The notes under the pieces were generated by a model. It saw nothing but the letters and a program-made list of their open reading frames with translations, was not told the DNA's origin and did no database searches. Both the position numbers and the translations under genes were made by a program. A DNA stretch of 64,000 nucleotides from Terriglobia bacterium (GTDB lineage Bacteria > Acidobacteriota > Terriglobia > 20CM-2-55-15): NCBI GenBank assembly GCA_965198225.1, contig CBDAOY010000007.1, forward strand, positions 480,001-544,000, read 5' to 3'. Position 1 is the stretch's first letter. Each line of letters begins with the position of its first letter. This document shows, piece after piece, positions 18,808 through 28,844 of this stretch.

Positions 18808-19033
18808 AACGGAGACCACGCAAGTCGACAGCCTTTAGCGATTTTTCGACTGACGACGCTGACACTGTTGACGATAGATCCTCCGTTCTCTTCTGTTGAG
18901 ACAAAGGAGGGAGGGAACAGAAGTGGCGAGAAGACCGTAATTGAGGCGCGTCGCCAACCTCCTGCAGCCAACTGTTGCTTCCGAGTAACACCAAGGGGCG
19001 CAACTGCCGCAGAATGTAGCTGACTCGGGTGTG

Positions 19034-19837
19034 TCATTTGGACAGTATCGCCGCCGGGGCCTCGACTTCCTCGCTCTTAGCCTGCGGCTCAAAATGACCA
19101 ATTACCTTTTGCAGCAAGTTCACCGACAACGTGTCGCTGAAACTTCCCACGAACGCGATAACCCAAATCAGTTCCGAGGTCTGCGTTGTGCTACTGCCGG
19201 CGAACACTATCAGCCAGGCGGTGAGCATCAAATAGGTCATGACCCCCATGACCACGCCGAGCACGGGCCGAAACAGCAGCCAGCGGATGGCCTCGATTCT
19301 GTTTGAGAATGGAAAACTGCCTGCCCTCAGGAGCATCGAGGTAAAGCTGCCGATGATTGCCCAGACCCATACGGGTTTGGGGATCCCCATGACCAACTGC
19401 TGATTCAGCTGCGAAGCTGGAGAACTCAAGTCAACCAAGTCGAACGTCACGGCTGTACCCGCCAGAGCGGAGAATATGTAGACCATCATCACGACAACCA
19501 GGAACGACGTCTTCGCGCTCTCGGTCCGTGTCATTTCGATTTGTAAACGTGTCAAGTCCAAACGCGATTGTATAAGGCTCTTCCTACCGACGGGCGGAGT
19601 CAGGGCGACTTCGGCATTTGACAGCAACTCGAGGCATCGGCTTTGAGCGTCTGGATGGTCCCGGAGTCTGACCGGGATTTCGTCGTAGTAGGTATCGATC
19701 GCCCGCCGGATTTCCTCAATACGATGTGATTCGCGCTCCCGTTGGTCCAACGAGACGGCCGCCCCGGTCTTTTCGTGAGAAGTCGCAGCCGAACTGGGAG
19801 AATCGGCAACTAATAGACTCTCTTGCTCCTCGCTCAT
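19034..19837 (-). CDS. Hypothetical membrane protein (about 4 TM)
   Basis: Soluble helical N-terminus, then hydrophobic segments with RPVLG and AFVGSFSD; GAAGGAGG RBS. Confidence 0.7.
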   Translation of the reverse strand: MSEEQESLLVADSPSSAATSHEKTGAAVSLDQRERESHRIEEIRRAIDTYYDEIPVRLRDHPDAQSRCLELLSNAEVALTPPVGRKSLIQSRLDLTRLQIEMTRTESAKTSFLVVVMMVYIFSALAGTAVTFDLVDLSSPASQLNQQLVMGIPKPVWVWAIIGSFTSMLLRAGSFPFSNRIEAIRWLLFRPVLGVVMGVMTYLMLTAWLIVFAGSSTTQTSELIWVIAFVGSFSDTLSVNLLQKVIGHFEPQAKSEEVEAPAAILSK

Positions 19838-20218
19838 GCTCCCTCCTTCTAAAGGCCCCAACGGATAGCGGCGTCACCTAGGCTTTACCTATAAGAAGAC
19901 GTAGTAGGGAGCGGAATACATGCAATTAACCTAAAGCTCTACGGGACCATCGCGGGCACAGTAGCCCTGGGCAGCAAACTGGTCGGGCAGGTTCTCGGAG
20001 ACTGGCGTCGATCGTCGACGTTTCTAAAAATACCGCCCACCGCGTCACGGCATTTTTGCCTCCCGGAAGTCTCCGTCCATCCTCATGCATACGACATGAT
20101 TTCGTAGCCGCCACCCCTCGCCCTTCCCCTCTGATCGGCACCGGTGCTGCGATAGAACCTCTTGTTCTTGATACGCACAGCCAATCTCTATAGTGTCCTG
20201 AATACCAGCACCGTAACG

Positions 20219-20365
20219 AGCGCACAGATGCGGTCCAGTGTCGCTTGGCCGACTGATCGGGATCGTAACGCGCAGGGCTTGAACCGTTCCCGTTGCACCG
20301 AAGCGCACAGATGCGGTCCAGTGTCGCTTGGCCGACTGATCGGGATCGTAACGCGCAGGGCTTGA
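20219..20365. repeat. Perfect 64-bp direct repeat, 83-bp period
   Basis: agcgcacagatgcggtcc...gcgcagggcttga at 20219-20282 and 20302-20365. Confidence 0.9.
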
Positions 20366-20513
20366 TGGCTCACCATAGGGTACCGTTCCCTAGACTGCCT
20401 TTCTGGTCTTGGCCAGGCCTTGTTGCACCGAACCCGAGTCTGGTGCATCGGCGCGTAGCAGCGGCGCCGCGGAACTGGAGCAAGCGCCCCTCCGGGGCGC
20501 CTAGGAGGGATAA

Positions 20514-21893
20514 ATGGTTCTCCGGATACTCTTGGTTGGTTGGCTGTCCGTAGCTGCGGCGTGCTCCGCCCAACCTCCGAATCAGGCGGAACAGACGGCC
20601 GCGACGGTGACTGTGTTCGAAGGGGCGCGCCTGATTGTGGGCGACGGCAGCCCGCCCATCGAAGACTCGGCCTTCCTGGTCGAAGGTGATCGGTTCGGCA
20701 GTATCGGCCGGAGAGGAGAGATCCAGATCCCGGCGGGTGCAGTGAGGGTCGACCTGACGGGCAAGACGATCATGCCGGCGTTGGTCGACGCCCACTCGCA
20801 CATCGGGTACATGAAAGACCTGACGAGCGGGCCTGAGAACTACACGCGCGAACACATTCTGGACCACATGTATCGGTTCGCCTATCACGGGGTCGCCGCG
20901 AGCCAGGCCATGGGCTCCGACTTCGGAGTGATGCCGTTCCAACTGCGGGACGAGATCCTGGCGGGCGAACACCCCGACGCGGCGCGGTTCCTCACCGCGG
21001 GTCGGGGACTGGCGCCGTATAGCGAAATCAGCCCCAACAACATGCGGCATGCGGCGTACGTGGTCACGACCGAAGAGGGCGCCCGCGCAAACGTTCGTGA
21101 GCTGACGTCGCACGGGGTGACACTCATCAAGACGTGGGTGGACGACCGCGGCGGGAACGTCGAGCCGATGCCCCCGGACTTGTATCTGGCGATTATCGAC
21201 GAAGCGCACAAGAACGGGATCCGCGTTGCCGCGCATGCCACCGATCTGGAAGACGCCAAGGACTTACTACGGGCCGGCATCGATGTGTTCGCGCACATGA
21301 TTACAGAGGTGGACGACGAGCTCGTGGCGCTGTTTAAGGAGCGACCCGAGGCAAGCGTTCTGCTGGCGCAGGTCGGCCGTCGGACAATCTACTCGCCGTA
21401 CCTCGATCCGCCCGAGCCACTGTTGCTCGAGACGGTCACGCCGGCGCAAATCAATCGGCTTCGCGACCGGGTTGCGGGCACTTCACCCGAGGCGCTCGAG
21501 CGGGCGCGTCAGTCGTGGGAGCGGACGGCACAGAACATCATGAAGCTCCACAGTGCAGGGGTCCGAATCGGCATTGGGAGCGATGGCGGAGGCCAGGGCG
21601 GCGATCGCTTTGTCGGTTTCACGGCGCACACGGAGCTGGAGAACATGGTGGCCGCCGGGATGACGCCGGCGGAGGCGATCGTGGCCGGGACGAAAAATGG
21701 ATCCGAGGTCCTCGGTCTGGAGGAAGATCTGGGGACGGTGACCGCCGGCAAGAGCGCCGATTTCATCGTGCTCGACCGAAACCCTCTCGACGAGATTACC
21801 AACTCCCGAACGATTGACCGCGTGTACCTCAGAGGCCACCAGGTTGATCGGGCGAGGCTCCGGGCGATGTGGTCCGGTGCTTCGGCGAACTAG
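20514..21893 (+). CDS. Amidohydrolase-family lipoprotein
   Basis: Lipobox AAAC, PALVDAHSH, AAHA, GSDG, GKSADFIVLDRNPL. Confidence 0.88.
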   Translation: MVLRILLVGWLSVAAACSAQPPNQAEQTAATVTVFEGARLIVGDGSPPIEDSAFLVEGDRFGSIGRRGEIQIPAGAVRVDLTGKTIMPALVDAHSHIGYMKDLTSGPENYTREHILDHMYRFAYHGVAASQAMGSDFGVMPFQLRDEILAGEHPDAARFLTAGRGLAPYSEISPNNMRHAAYVVTTEEGARANVRELTSHGVTLIKTWVDDRGGNVEPMPPDLYLAIIDEAHKNGIRVAAHATDLEDAKDLLRAGIDVFAHMITEVDDELVALFKERPEASVLLAQVGRRTIYSPYLDPPEPLLLETVTPAQINRLRDRVAGTSPEALERARQSWERTAQNIMKLHSAGVRIGIGSDGGGQGGDRFVGFTAHTELENMVAAGMTPAEAIVAGTKNGSEVLGLEEDLGTVTAGKSADFIVLDRNPLDEITNSRTIDRVYLRGHQVDRARLRAMWSGASAN

Positions 21894-22073
21894 TGACCTG
21901 TAACAGGCCACTAGGGCGGCGAACCGCGAACGGCGGGTTCGAAAGAGAGATACAGCCCGTTTCGGATTGAATCCGCAACGGGCTGTCGATGTTTATGATC
22001 TGATTCCCGACAGTTCGACCAATCTTCGACACGGTCAGTCGCCGGACCTGTCAGGTCGATTCGCCCCAACTGC

Positions 22074-22891
22074 TTATTTCAGGAGCTGCAGCACCGATCG
22101 GGACGACATATTCGCGTGTGCCAATGCGGCTACGCCGCTCTCGGTCAGTATCTTGGATCTTGTCAAACCGGCTGCTTCCTTCGCCATAGGCCCGAATTCG
22201 AATTCGCCTGCACTCTGGCAGCGGTCGCCTTGGCTTGAGCCACGGCGGAGCTCATCTGGTTCATCGCAGCTCCGGTTCGGCCCTGAACGTCACCGAGGGC
22301 GCCCATTGCATTCTGGAGACTCGAGATTGCCGCCGCAGCATTGTCCTGGCTCGTGATGTCTTCGTTACTGATGCCCAGCCCCTGGGTGTCTACGGCGTTT
22401 GTCGCGGCGACCGTGCTGTAGCTGACGTCAGCAGAAGTGTTCGTTTGTGTGTTTCCGACGAAGACCGCCTGGGAATTCAGCTTGGCACTGCCGGTCTCCA
22501 GACCCGCCGCAGCCGCGCTTCTCGATATTTCCGACATGACGGACTGGAACTCCGCATCCAAAGCCGACCGGTCACCGGTGAACGTGTCCGACGCAGCCTG
22601 GCTGGCCAGTGTCGTCGCCCGATCCACTAACGATGAGATGTTGTCGAGGGCGCCGTCCTCGATCTGGAGCTGGCTGATCGCGTCGTTCGCATTCCTGGCA
22701 CCGACGGTGAGACTGGTCGTGTCCAAGCGATGCCGGTTGGCTACGGCCATGCCTGCGGCATCGTCGGCGGAACTGTTGATGCCTAATCCTGAGCTCAGTC
22801 GCTGCAGAGTCTTATTGACGGTGGCTTGAGTGCTGCTCAACGTCGATTGAGCGCCGAGGGACGATAGATTCGTGACTACTGAAAAGCTCAT
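22074..22891 (-). pseudogene. fliC: Flagellin, frameshifted before the C-terminal D0 helix
   Basis: QRLSSGLGINSSADDAAG, RNANDAIS; the conserved tail MAKEAAGLTRSKILTESGVAALAHANMSSRSVLQLLK* is in another frame after ~22190. Confidence 0.85.
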
Positions 22892-22958
22892 TATTCTTTC
22901 TCCGTTTTTTCTTCCAAACAACCTTGTTCGTTTTGGGGTACAGTCCCCTCATTTCCTC

Positions 22959-22986
22959 TTATCGACCCGGCGGCCGCAGAACTTTA
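22959..22986 (-). promoter_or_regulatory. Sigma-28 (FliA)-type promoter
   Basis: TAAA-N16-GTCGATAA upstream of flagellin; consensus is TAAA-N15/16-GCCGATAA. Confidence 0.7.
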
Positions 22987-23556
22987 GTCCAATCGCTGGG
23001 TAAGGCGGTCGGAGGCCGTCAACGCCATTGTTTGCCCAGGTTGGGCTTTCGTCTTGCAGTGGACAAGGGGCAGGAGTCAAGCCCCTCTCAACGGACACTC
23101 CAATGAGGGGCACTGGGCGGTCCTGGCTGACATCCGAATGACGAGGACTCTTCCAGAGGTGTCAGGAAGTAAAAAAGAAGAAGGGGCCGATTGGTGCTGG
23201 CTTGCGTCTGATCGGGTCGGGTTCCCCCGTACTCCGTTCAGTCGCGGTGACCAGCGATCGACCCCTTCCTTGGCCCGGCATCTTCTTGCTTCTGATTCGC
23301 GCTGTCAACACGAAAGATGTGCGCTCCAGAACTGCCGTAAGATACTGTTTTTAAAGATCCACAGACGTCGCTCGAACGTTTTTCGCCAGTCGATTCGCGA
23401 GTGTTTCGCGCGGGTAATATGTTGTCTTCACGGCCGTGAAAATTTGATGGCCCCCGGGCGGACGGTGAACGAAAAGCGCGACCTATGTCACCACCCTTTC
23501 CTGGGGTGTCGTTGTTCCGATAGGGGTCGCTTTCATCGCCTCTTACCTGCCTAGCA

Positions 23557-24189
23557 TCAACGATCTTCGGTCGGGTCTCCGGTGACGTGCATCGCGGTGA
23601 GCGTGAACCAGAACAGGATCAGGGCGACCAGCGCGCGCTGGCCCAGGCCACCCCATCCGGCAGGTATCATGACGAACAGCAGGATGAACAGCGCTGCCGC
23701 CGCGTGGCCGAGTCGTGTGGAGATCTTGCGGTAAGAACTCGATCTCACGGGGATCGCTCCCGCCATCGCTAGAATGTTGATTCCAGCGACGACCGAGGCG
23801 AACGCGATCACCGAAGCGACGGCGTGAATCGTCCCTGAGAGGCTGCGCGCATCGCCGGCAGCGTCCAAGGGGAAGGCTCCTGCCAAGAACGTGCCCACCC
23901 CCCATAACGCCAACAGGCCAAGGCCTGCCTGGCTGGAGCGCGATCGCGGCAGAGCCTGAAGGAGCAGAAGCACGATTGCGTTCGAACCCAACGCCAGCGC
24001 GAAGAGCGAGCCGCTCAGGAGGATCCCCCACCGTCCTGCGGCGTACTCGCTCAAAGCCTGGCTGATGGGGTCGTGGTCGGGACGTATGAAATGGAGGAAG
24101 GCAATAAGTATTGCGAAGACGGCCTGTCCAGACAGACCCAGATAGAGGAGCGATTTTGATTGCCGCGAGATAGGTTCGTTGCTGCTCAT
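23557..24189 (-). CDS. DUF998-like membrane protein
   Basis: DPISQALSEYA, GTIH, GLGQR and multiple TM helices. Confidence 0.75.
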   Translation of the reverse strand: MSSNEPISRQSKSLLYLGLSGQAVFAILIAFLHFIRPDHDPISQALSEYAAGRWGILLSGSLFALALGSNAIVLLLLQALPRSRSSQAGLGLLALWGVGTFLAGAFPLDAAGDARSLSGTIHAVASVIAFASVVAGINILAMAGAIPVRSSSYRKISTRLGHAAAALFILLFVMIPAGWGGLGQRALVALILFWFTLTAMHVTGDPTEDR

Positions 24190-24295
24190 GCGTCGTTCAT
24201 GCCGCGGGTGGGTGGCGAAGCTGTTCTGCCGGCTGTCTCCGCCGAGGGTGACGTTCAGCGGGATCGAGAATCGAGGTGAGCCAACACGAAAGCGA

Positions 24296-24550
24296 TCAGG
24301 ACATGCAGACCTTGCATGGGTTGTAGCCGGCGTCGGTGGCTTCGTTCAAGGTCTTGAAGACCTGGGCCAGGCTTTTGGAGTCGTAGTAACGGCAGCCGGA
24401 TTGGTGGACGGTCTTGGAGTTTCGGTTTCCGCGGAAGGCGGTCGAGGTAGAGCCCTTATTCTTTCCCGACTTCCGAAGGACGGCAACGGCCCCGGCCGCA
24501 CCCGCTACTGTCGCTACAGCTCCGATCACGAGTTTCTTCTTCCTTCCCAT
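24296..24550 (-). CDS. Small membrane-anchored protein with Ada-type metal-binding motif
   Basis: Hydrophobic N-terminus, GNRNSKTVHQSGC...GYNPCKVC. Confidence 0.7.
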   Translation of the reverse strand: MGRKKKLVIGAVATVAGAAGAVAVLRKSGKNKGSTSTAFRGNRNSKTVHQSGCRYYDSKSLAQVFKTLNEATDAGYNPCKVCMS

Positions 24551-24609
24551 GATCTGATTGTAAAGGGGAACCGTCCCTGATCCTACAAGTGTCGCCCTTC
24601 GCCCCAGTT

Positions 24610-25578
24610 TCAGAGCAGGCGCTGATGCGGCCTGCGCGCGTCCAGCCTCTGGAGCCCCAGCTCGAGTGCGAAGCCGAGTGCTTCGCTGAATTCCGATCTG
24701 CGAAGGCGGCGGTTGATATCGGTGTAACGCTGGTTGCTGACCTTTCCGGCCGGATAGTACTGGTCCATGAGGTTGACGTAGGTGCCCGGTCCGAGTTCGG
24801 AGGCGACCCACTCCAGTATCTTCCGGGTCTCGTCGAGACAACCCGGCATCACCAGATGGCGCAGGAGCATACCCCGACGCGCCAGACCTTCGCTGTCGAC
24901 GACGAGAGTGCCGACCTGGTTGTGCATGGCCTTGATCGCCCTGCGTGCGGCGTTCGGATAGTCGGCGGCCTTCAGGTAGGTCTTGCTGTTCTCGGTGGAC
25001 CAGTACTTCAGATCCGGCATGTAGACGTCGACGATACCGTCCATCAACGCGATGCTTTCGAGTGAATCATAGCCGCTCGTGTTGTAGACGATCGGTAGCT
25101 CCAGGCCGCAATCGAGGGCTTCGACGACGGCTTCTACCACCTGCGGGACGACATGTTCGGGTGTGACGAAATTGATGTTGTGGCAGCCGCGCTTTTGCAG
25201 CTCCAGCATCATTCCCGCCAGCCTGTCAGGTGGCGTGCCGGAGTCGGAGGAGCCCGGGGGGATCGCCTGGCTGATGTCGTAATTCTGGCAGAAGACACAC
25301 CGCAGGTTGCAGTGCGAGAAGAAGATCGTTCCCGACCCGCCCCGTCCTCGCAGGCAGTCCTCTTCGCCGAAATGCGGAAAGTAGCTACCGACCGCCGCAT
25401 AGCGCCCCGTCTTGCAAGCTGCCCATCGGTCCTCCAGCCGGTTGACGCCGCAATCTCTCGGACAGATACGGCAATCCTCCAGGGACTCTAACCCGCGCCG
25501 CACCTTGGCCTGAAGCACTTGTCGAGGGAGGTTCAGGTAGGCGGCGCGAAACGATTTTCGGACGTCATTCGGTGTCAT
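24610..25578 (-). CDS. PflX-like radical SAM protein
   Basis: CRICPRDC, HFGEE, GSGTIFFSHCNLRCVFCQN, NINFVTP, RHLVMP. Confidence 0.88.
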   Translation of the reverse strand: MTPNDVRKSFRAAYLNLPRQVLQAKVRRGLESLEDCRICPRDCGVNRLEDRWAACKTGRYAAVGSYFPHFGEEDCLRGRGGSGTIFFSHCNLRCVFCQNYDISQAIPPGSSDSGTPPDRLAGMMLELQKRGCHNINFVTPEHVVPQVVEAVVEALDCGLELPIVYNTSGYDSLESIALMDGIVDVYMPDLKYWSTENSKTYLKAADYPNAARRAIKAMHNQVGTLVVDSEGLARRGMLLRHLVMPGCLDETRKILEWVASELGPGTYVNLMDQYYPAGKVSNQRYTDINRRLRRSEFSEALGFALELGLQRLDARRPHQRLL

Positions 25579-25728
25579 GCTTCCTCTGATTCTACCCAAA
25601 AAGATTCGAAATCTCTTGGATAGGCGATCAACCATCAGCTTTCCCCATTAGCTCGAACTGGATGGGACCATCGTACCGTCTTCTGAAGTGGCCGAAGGCT
25701 GAACGCCCCCCACTTCCTTACCCCCTTC

Positions 25729-25783
25729 TCCTGTTGACAGCCGAAAGGAGCGAACTGTATTGTCCTTTTGGTAGCCAAAAGGA
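25729..25783 (+). promoter_or_regulatory. Promoter with two palindromic PadR-type operators
   Basis: TTGACA-N18-TATTGT overlapped or flanked by tcctgttgacagccgaaagga and tccttttggtagccaaaagga. Confidence 0.6.
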
Positions 25784-25789
25784 GTCTCG

Positions 25790-26128
25790 ATGAGCGGATC
25801 GAAAGCGGACATCCTGCAGGGTACGCTTGACCTGATGGTCCTGAAAACGCTCGACACGATGGGCCCGATGCACGGTTGGGGAATCGCGCAACGTATCCAA
25901 CAGGTCTCGGAGGACACGCTCTACCTCAACCAGGGAACCCTGTACCCGGCGCTGCTTCGCCTGATGCAGAAAGGCTGGATCTCCGCGAAGTGGGGGACGT
26001 CGGATAACAACCGGCGAGCCCGCTTCTATTCGTTGACCGGAAGGGGCCGGAAGCAACTCGCGATCGAGACCGAGAACTGGGAACGGATGACGTCGATCAT
26101 GGCGCGCCTTCTCGAAGCTGCGGAGTAG
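25790..26128 (+). CDS. PadR-family regulator (acidobacterial type)
   Basis: LQGTLDLMVLK, HGWGIA, GTLYPALLRL, NNRRARFY. Confidence 0.92.
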   Translation: MSGSKADILQGTLDLMVLKTLDTMGPMHGWGIAQRIQQVSEDTLYLNQGTLYPALLRLMQKGWISAKWGTSDNNRRARFYSLTGRGRKQLAIETENWERMTSIMARLLEAAE

Positions 26129-26166
26129 CGATCAGAACAACCCGACAGGCGCCTCTGTCCGGATTC

Positions 26167-26616
26167 TCAGGAGATAACTACGCCCGTGCCGACCGCGATG
26201 AGTTCGTCGATGTCGTTGTGCAGTTCGATACGGGCCACGGCAATCTTGCTGCCCGTGCGGAGGATGTGCCCGGTTGCGATGAACCACTTCCCGGTGCCGG
26301 GCCGAAGATAGTCGACCCGAAGATCGATCGTCCCGAGTTTGCCGAACTGCTCGATCCGAGTCTCGATCGGCTCGTCTGCGAGACGTTCCTGAACCCCGAG
26401 AAAGGCTGTGAGACCTCCAGTCGCGTCCAGGACCGCGGAGATCACTCCGCCGTGCAGTGTTTCCCGGACGTAGTTGCCGATCAGCTCCGGTCGCATGTCG
26501 AAGCGCACCGTGGGTCGGCCTTCCCGTATGGAGTCCACTCGCGCTCCCAGGACCTTGTTGAACGGGATGCGCTCCCTGAACACATTCTCGATCGTCGATA
26601 TCAGTTCCGGTGTCAT
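26167..26616 (-). CDS. PaaI/YigI-type thioesterase
   Basis: IPFNKVLG, LHGGVISAVLD, TIDLRVDYLRPG. Confidence 0.87.
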   Translation of the reverse strand: MTPELISTIENVFRERIPFNKVLGARVDSIREGRPTVRFDMRPELIGNYVRETLHGGVISAVLDATGGLTAFLGVQERLADEPIETRIEQFGKLGTIDLRVDYLRPGTGKWFIATGHILRTGSKIAVARIELHNDIDELIAVGTGVVIS

Positions 26617-26729
26617 GATTGCTTCCTTCCGGGCCCTGAGTGTATGGCGAATGGAGGGTATGGTCAAAGGCCTCGGATCGGCTGAATATGGTTTAATGTG
26701 TCCATCCCATCGCAGAGAAGGCCTCGAGA

Positions 26730-27665
26730 ATGCTGCAGACGACCGCACTCCTGTTCCTGTTGGTTGTTCAGACACCGCATTTCCGCCTCGTCGGTCAGGT
26801 CGAAGTGGAGGCCAGGCACCAGGGTGGGCGCGCCATACTGGAAACCCCCGAGGGCACGACGGTCATCCGGGTGGATGTCGACCGGGCCGGGGAGTTCGAA
26901 TTTCGGAATGTGCGCCCCGGCTCCTACTGGATGACAGTCGGTCTGACCGGGTTCCGGGACATTCGCCGATCGGTCGAAGTCCGGCCTTCCCTCGCCGATA
27001 GCGATGGCCGGATTTCGGTCCGGGTCGAGCTCCCCCCCGACGCCCGCGACCTGTCGCAGCAGACGGTGACTGTCGGTCAACTGGAGATTCCATCCGAGGC
27101 GATCCGGGAGTTCCTTCGCGCCAGAGATGCCGGCGGCGATACCGAGAAGGTCCGGGAACACCTCGAGCGCGCGATCGAGATTGCGCCCAACTTCGCAGAG
27201 GCTCTCAACAACCTCGGCACCACCTACCACCGGGACGGCGATTACTCGCGTTCCATCGAGTTGTTCCAACGTGCACTCGCCGCCGACCCGGAGTCGTTCC
27301 AGGCACAGGTCAACCTGGGTGGATCGTTGCTTGCCGACGTTCAGCTGGAGCGAGCACTGGAGGAGAACCGTCGGGCACTCGATCTTCGATCCGACAGCAG
27401 CCTCGCGAACTCGCAGATGGGAATGACGCTGTTCTTTCTGCGGCGCGATCAAGAAGCGATTCCGTACTTCGAGAAGGTCAAGCAACTGGATCGGTTTTCT
27501 CTGAATACTCCCGAACTCTTCCTCTCCGGCATCTACCTGCGAAACGGCGACCCCGAACGTGCCGCCGACGAACTGGAGGAGTTCCTGGAAAAGTTACCCG
27601 ACCACCCGCAGGCGCCGAGCGCCCGAGAGCGCCTGCGACTCCTCCGACCGGGCCCCGGATATTGA
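26730..27665 (+). CDS. Secreted TPR protein with N-terminal carboxypeptidase-regulatory-like domain
   Basis: GEFEFRNVRPGSY, then TPR motifs (AEALNNLG, AQVNLG). Confidence 0.8.
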   Translation: MLQTTALLFLLVVQTPHFRLVGQVEVEARHQGGRAILETPEGTTVIRVDVDRAGEFEFRNVRPGSYWMTVGLTGFRDIRRSVEVRPSLADSDGRISVRVELPPDARDLSQQTVTVGQLEIPSEAIREFLRARDAGGDTEKVREHLERAIEIAPNFAEALNNLGTTYHRDGDYSRSIELFQRALAADPESFQAQVNLGGSLLADVQLERALEENRRALDLRSDSSLANSQMGMTLFFLRRDQEAIPYFEKVKQLDRFSLNTPELFLSGIYLRNGDPERAADELEEFLEKLPDHPQAPSARERLRLLRPGPGY

Positions 27666-28844
27666 GTGTGGGTGCGCTCTACATGAGCGCACATCGTTTC
27701 GGCTCGAAGAATGTGCGGTCATAGACCGCCCCTACACGGGTCGAGGGGGGAAGGGGACCAAGTCGCGGCGGATTTCAAACCTGAAATCTGCAATGAGCAA
27801 CCTGCAGTGTGGATTCTTTCAAATGTCGCAATTTGCGATCGTACAGAAAGAGAGAGTTCCGTCTAATCGCAGATTTGTTAATGCACAAATCCGCATTGGA
27901 AGTTGGAGATTGAAAATTGCTGCATTTCTCATCGGTTCGAATCTGATGGCCCTAAAGATCAAGTGTGGGTGCGCTCTATGAGCGCACATCGTTTCGGCTC
28001 GAAGAATGTGCGGTCATAGACCGCCTCTACACGGGTCGAGGGGGGGGGAAGGGGACCAAGCCGCGGCGGATTTCAAACCTGAAATCTGCAATGAGCAACC
28101 TGCAATGTGGATTCTTTCAAATATCGCAATTTGCGATCGTACGGAAAGAGAGAGTCCCGTCCGATCGCAGATTTGTTAATGCACAAATCCGCATTGGAAG
28201 TTGGAGATTGGAAACTGCTGCATTTCTCCATCGGTCCGGATCTGATGGCCCTAAAGATCAAGTGTAGGTGCGCTCTATGAGCGCATATCGTTTTCGGCTC
28301 GAAGAATGTGCGGTCATAGACCGCCCCTACACGGGTCGAGGGAGAAAGGGATCAAGCCGCGGCGGATTTCAAACCTGAAATCTGCAATGAGCAACCTGCA
28401 ATGTGGATTCTTTCAAATATCGCAATTTGCGATCGTACGGAAAGAGAGTCCCGTCCGATCGCAGATTTGTTAATGCACAAATCCGCATTGGAAGTTGGAG
28501 ATTGGAAACTGCTGCATTTCTCATCGGTTCGAAATCTGATGGCCCTAAAGATCAAGTGTAGGTGCGCTCTACATGAGCGCACATCGTTTCGGCTCGAAGA
28601 ATGTGCGGTCATAGACCGCCCCTACACGGGTCGAGGGGAGGAAGGGGACCAAGCCGCGGCGGATTTCAAACCTGAAATCTGCAATGAGCAACCTGCGGTG
28701 TGGATTCTTTCAAATATCGCAATTTGCGATCGTACGGAAAGAGAGTCCCGTCCGATCGCAGATTTGTTAATGCACAAATCCGCATTGGAAGTTGGAGATT
28801 GAAAATTGCTGCATTTCTCATCGGTTCGAAGTCTGATAGCCCTA
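27666..28844. repeat. Tandem array of four ~297-bp units (REP doublet plus long imperfect palindrome)
   Basis: Units start at 27666, 27963, 28262 and 28556; near-identical apart from substitutions and small indels. Confidence 0.93.

Noticed and set aside
23000-23550. Right attachment site (attR) of the island
   Set aside because: No copy of the tRNA-Pro 3' end found by eye; the boundary stays undefined.
27666-28844. CRISPR array
   Set aside because: Whole ~297-bp units repeat with no unique spacers, and there are no cas genes in the window.
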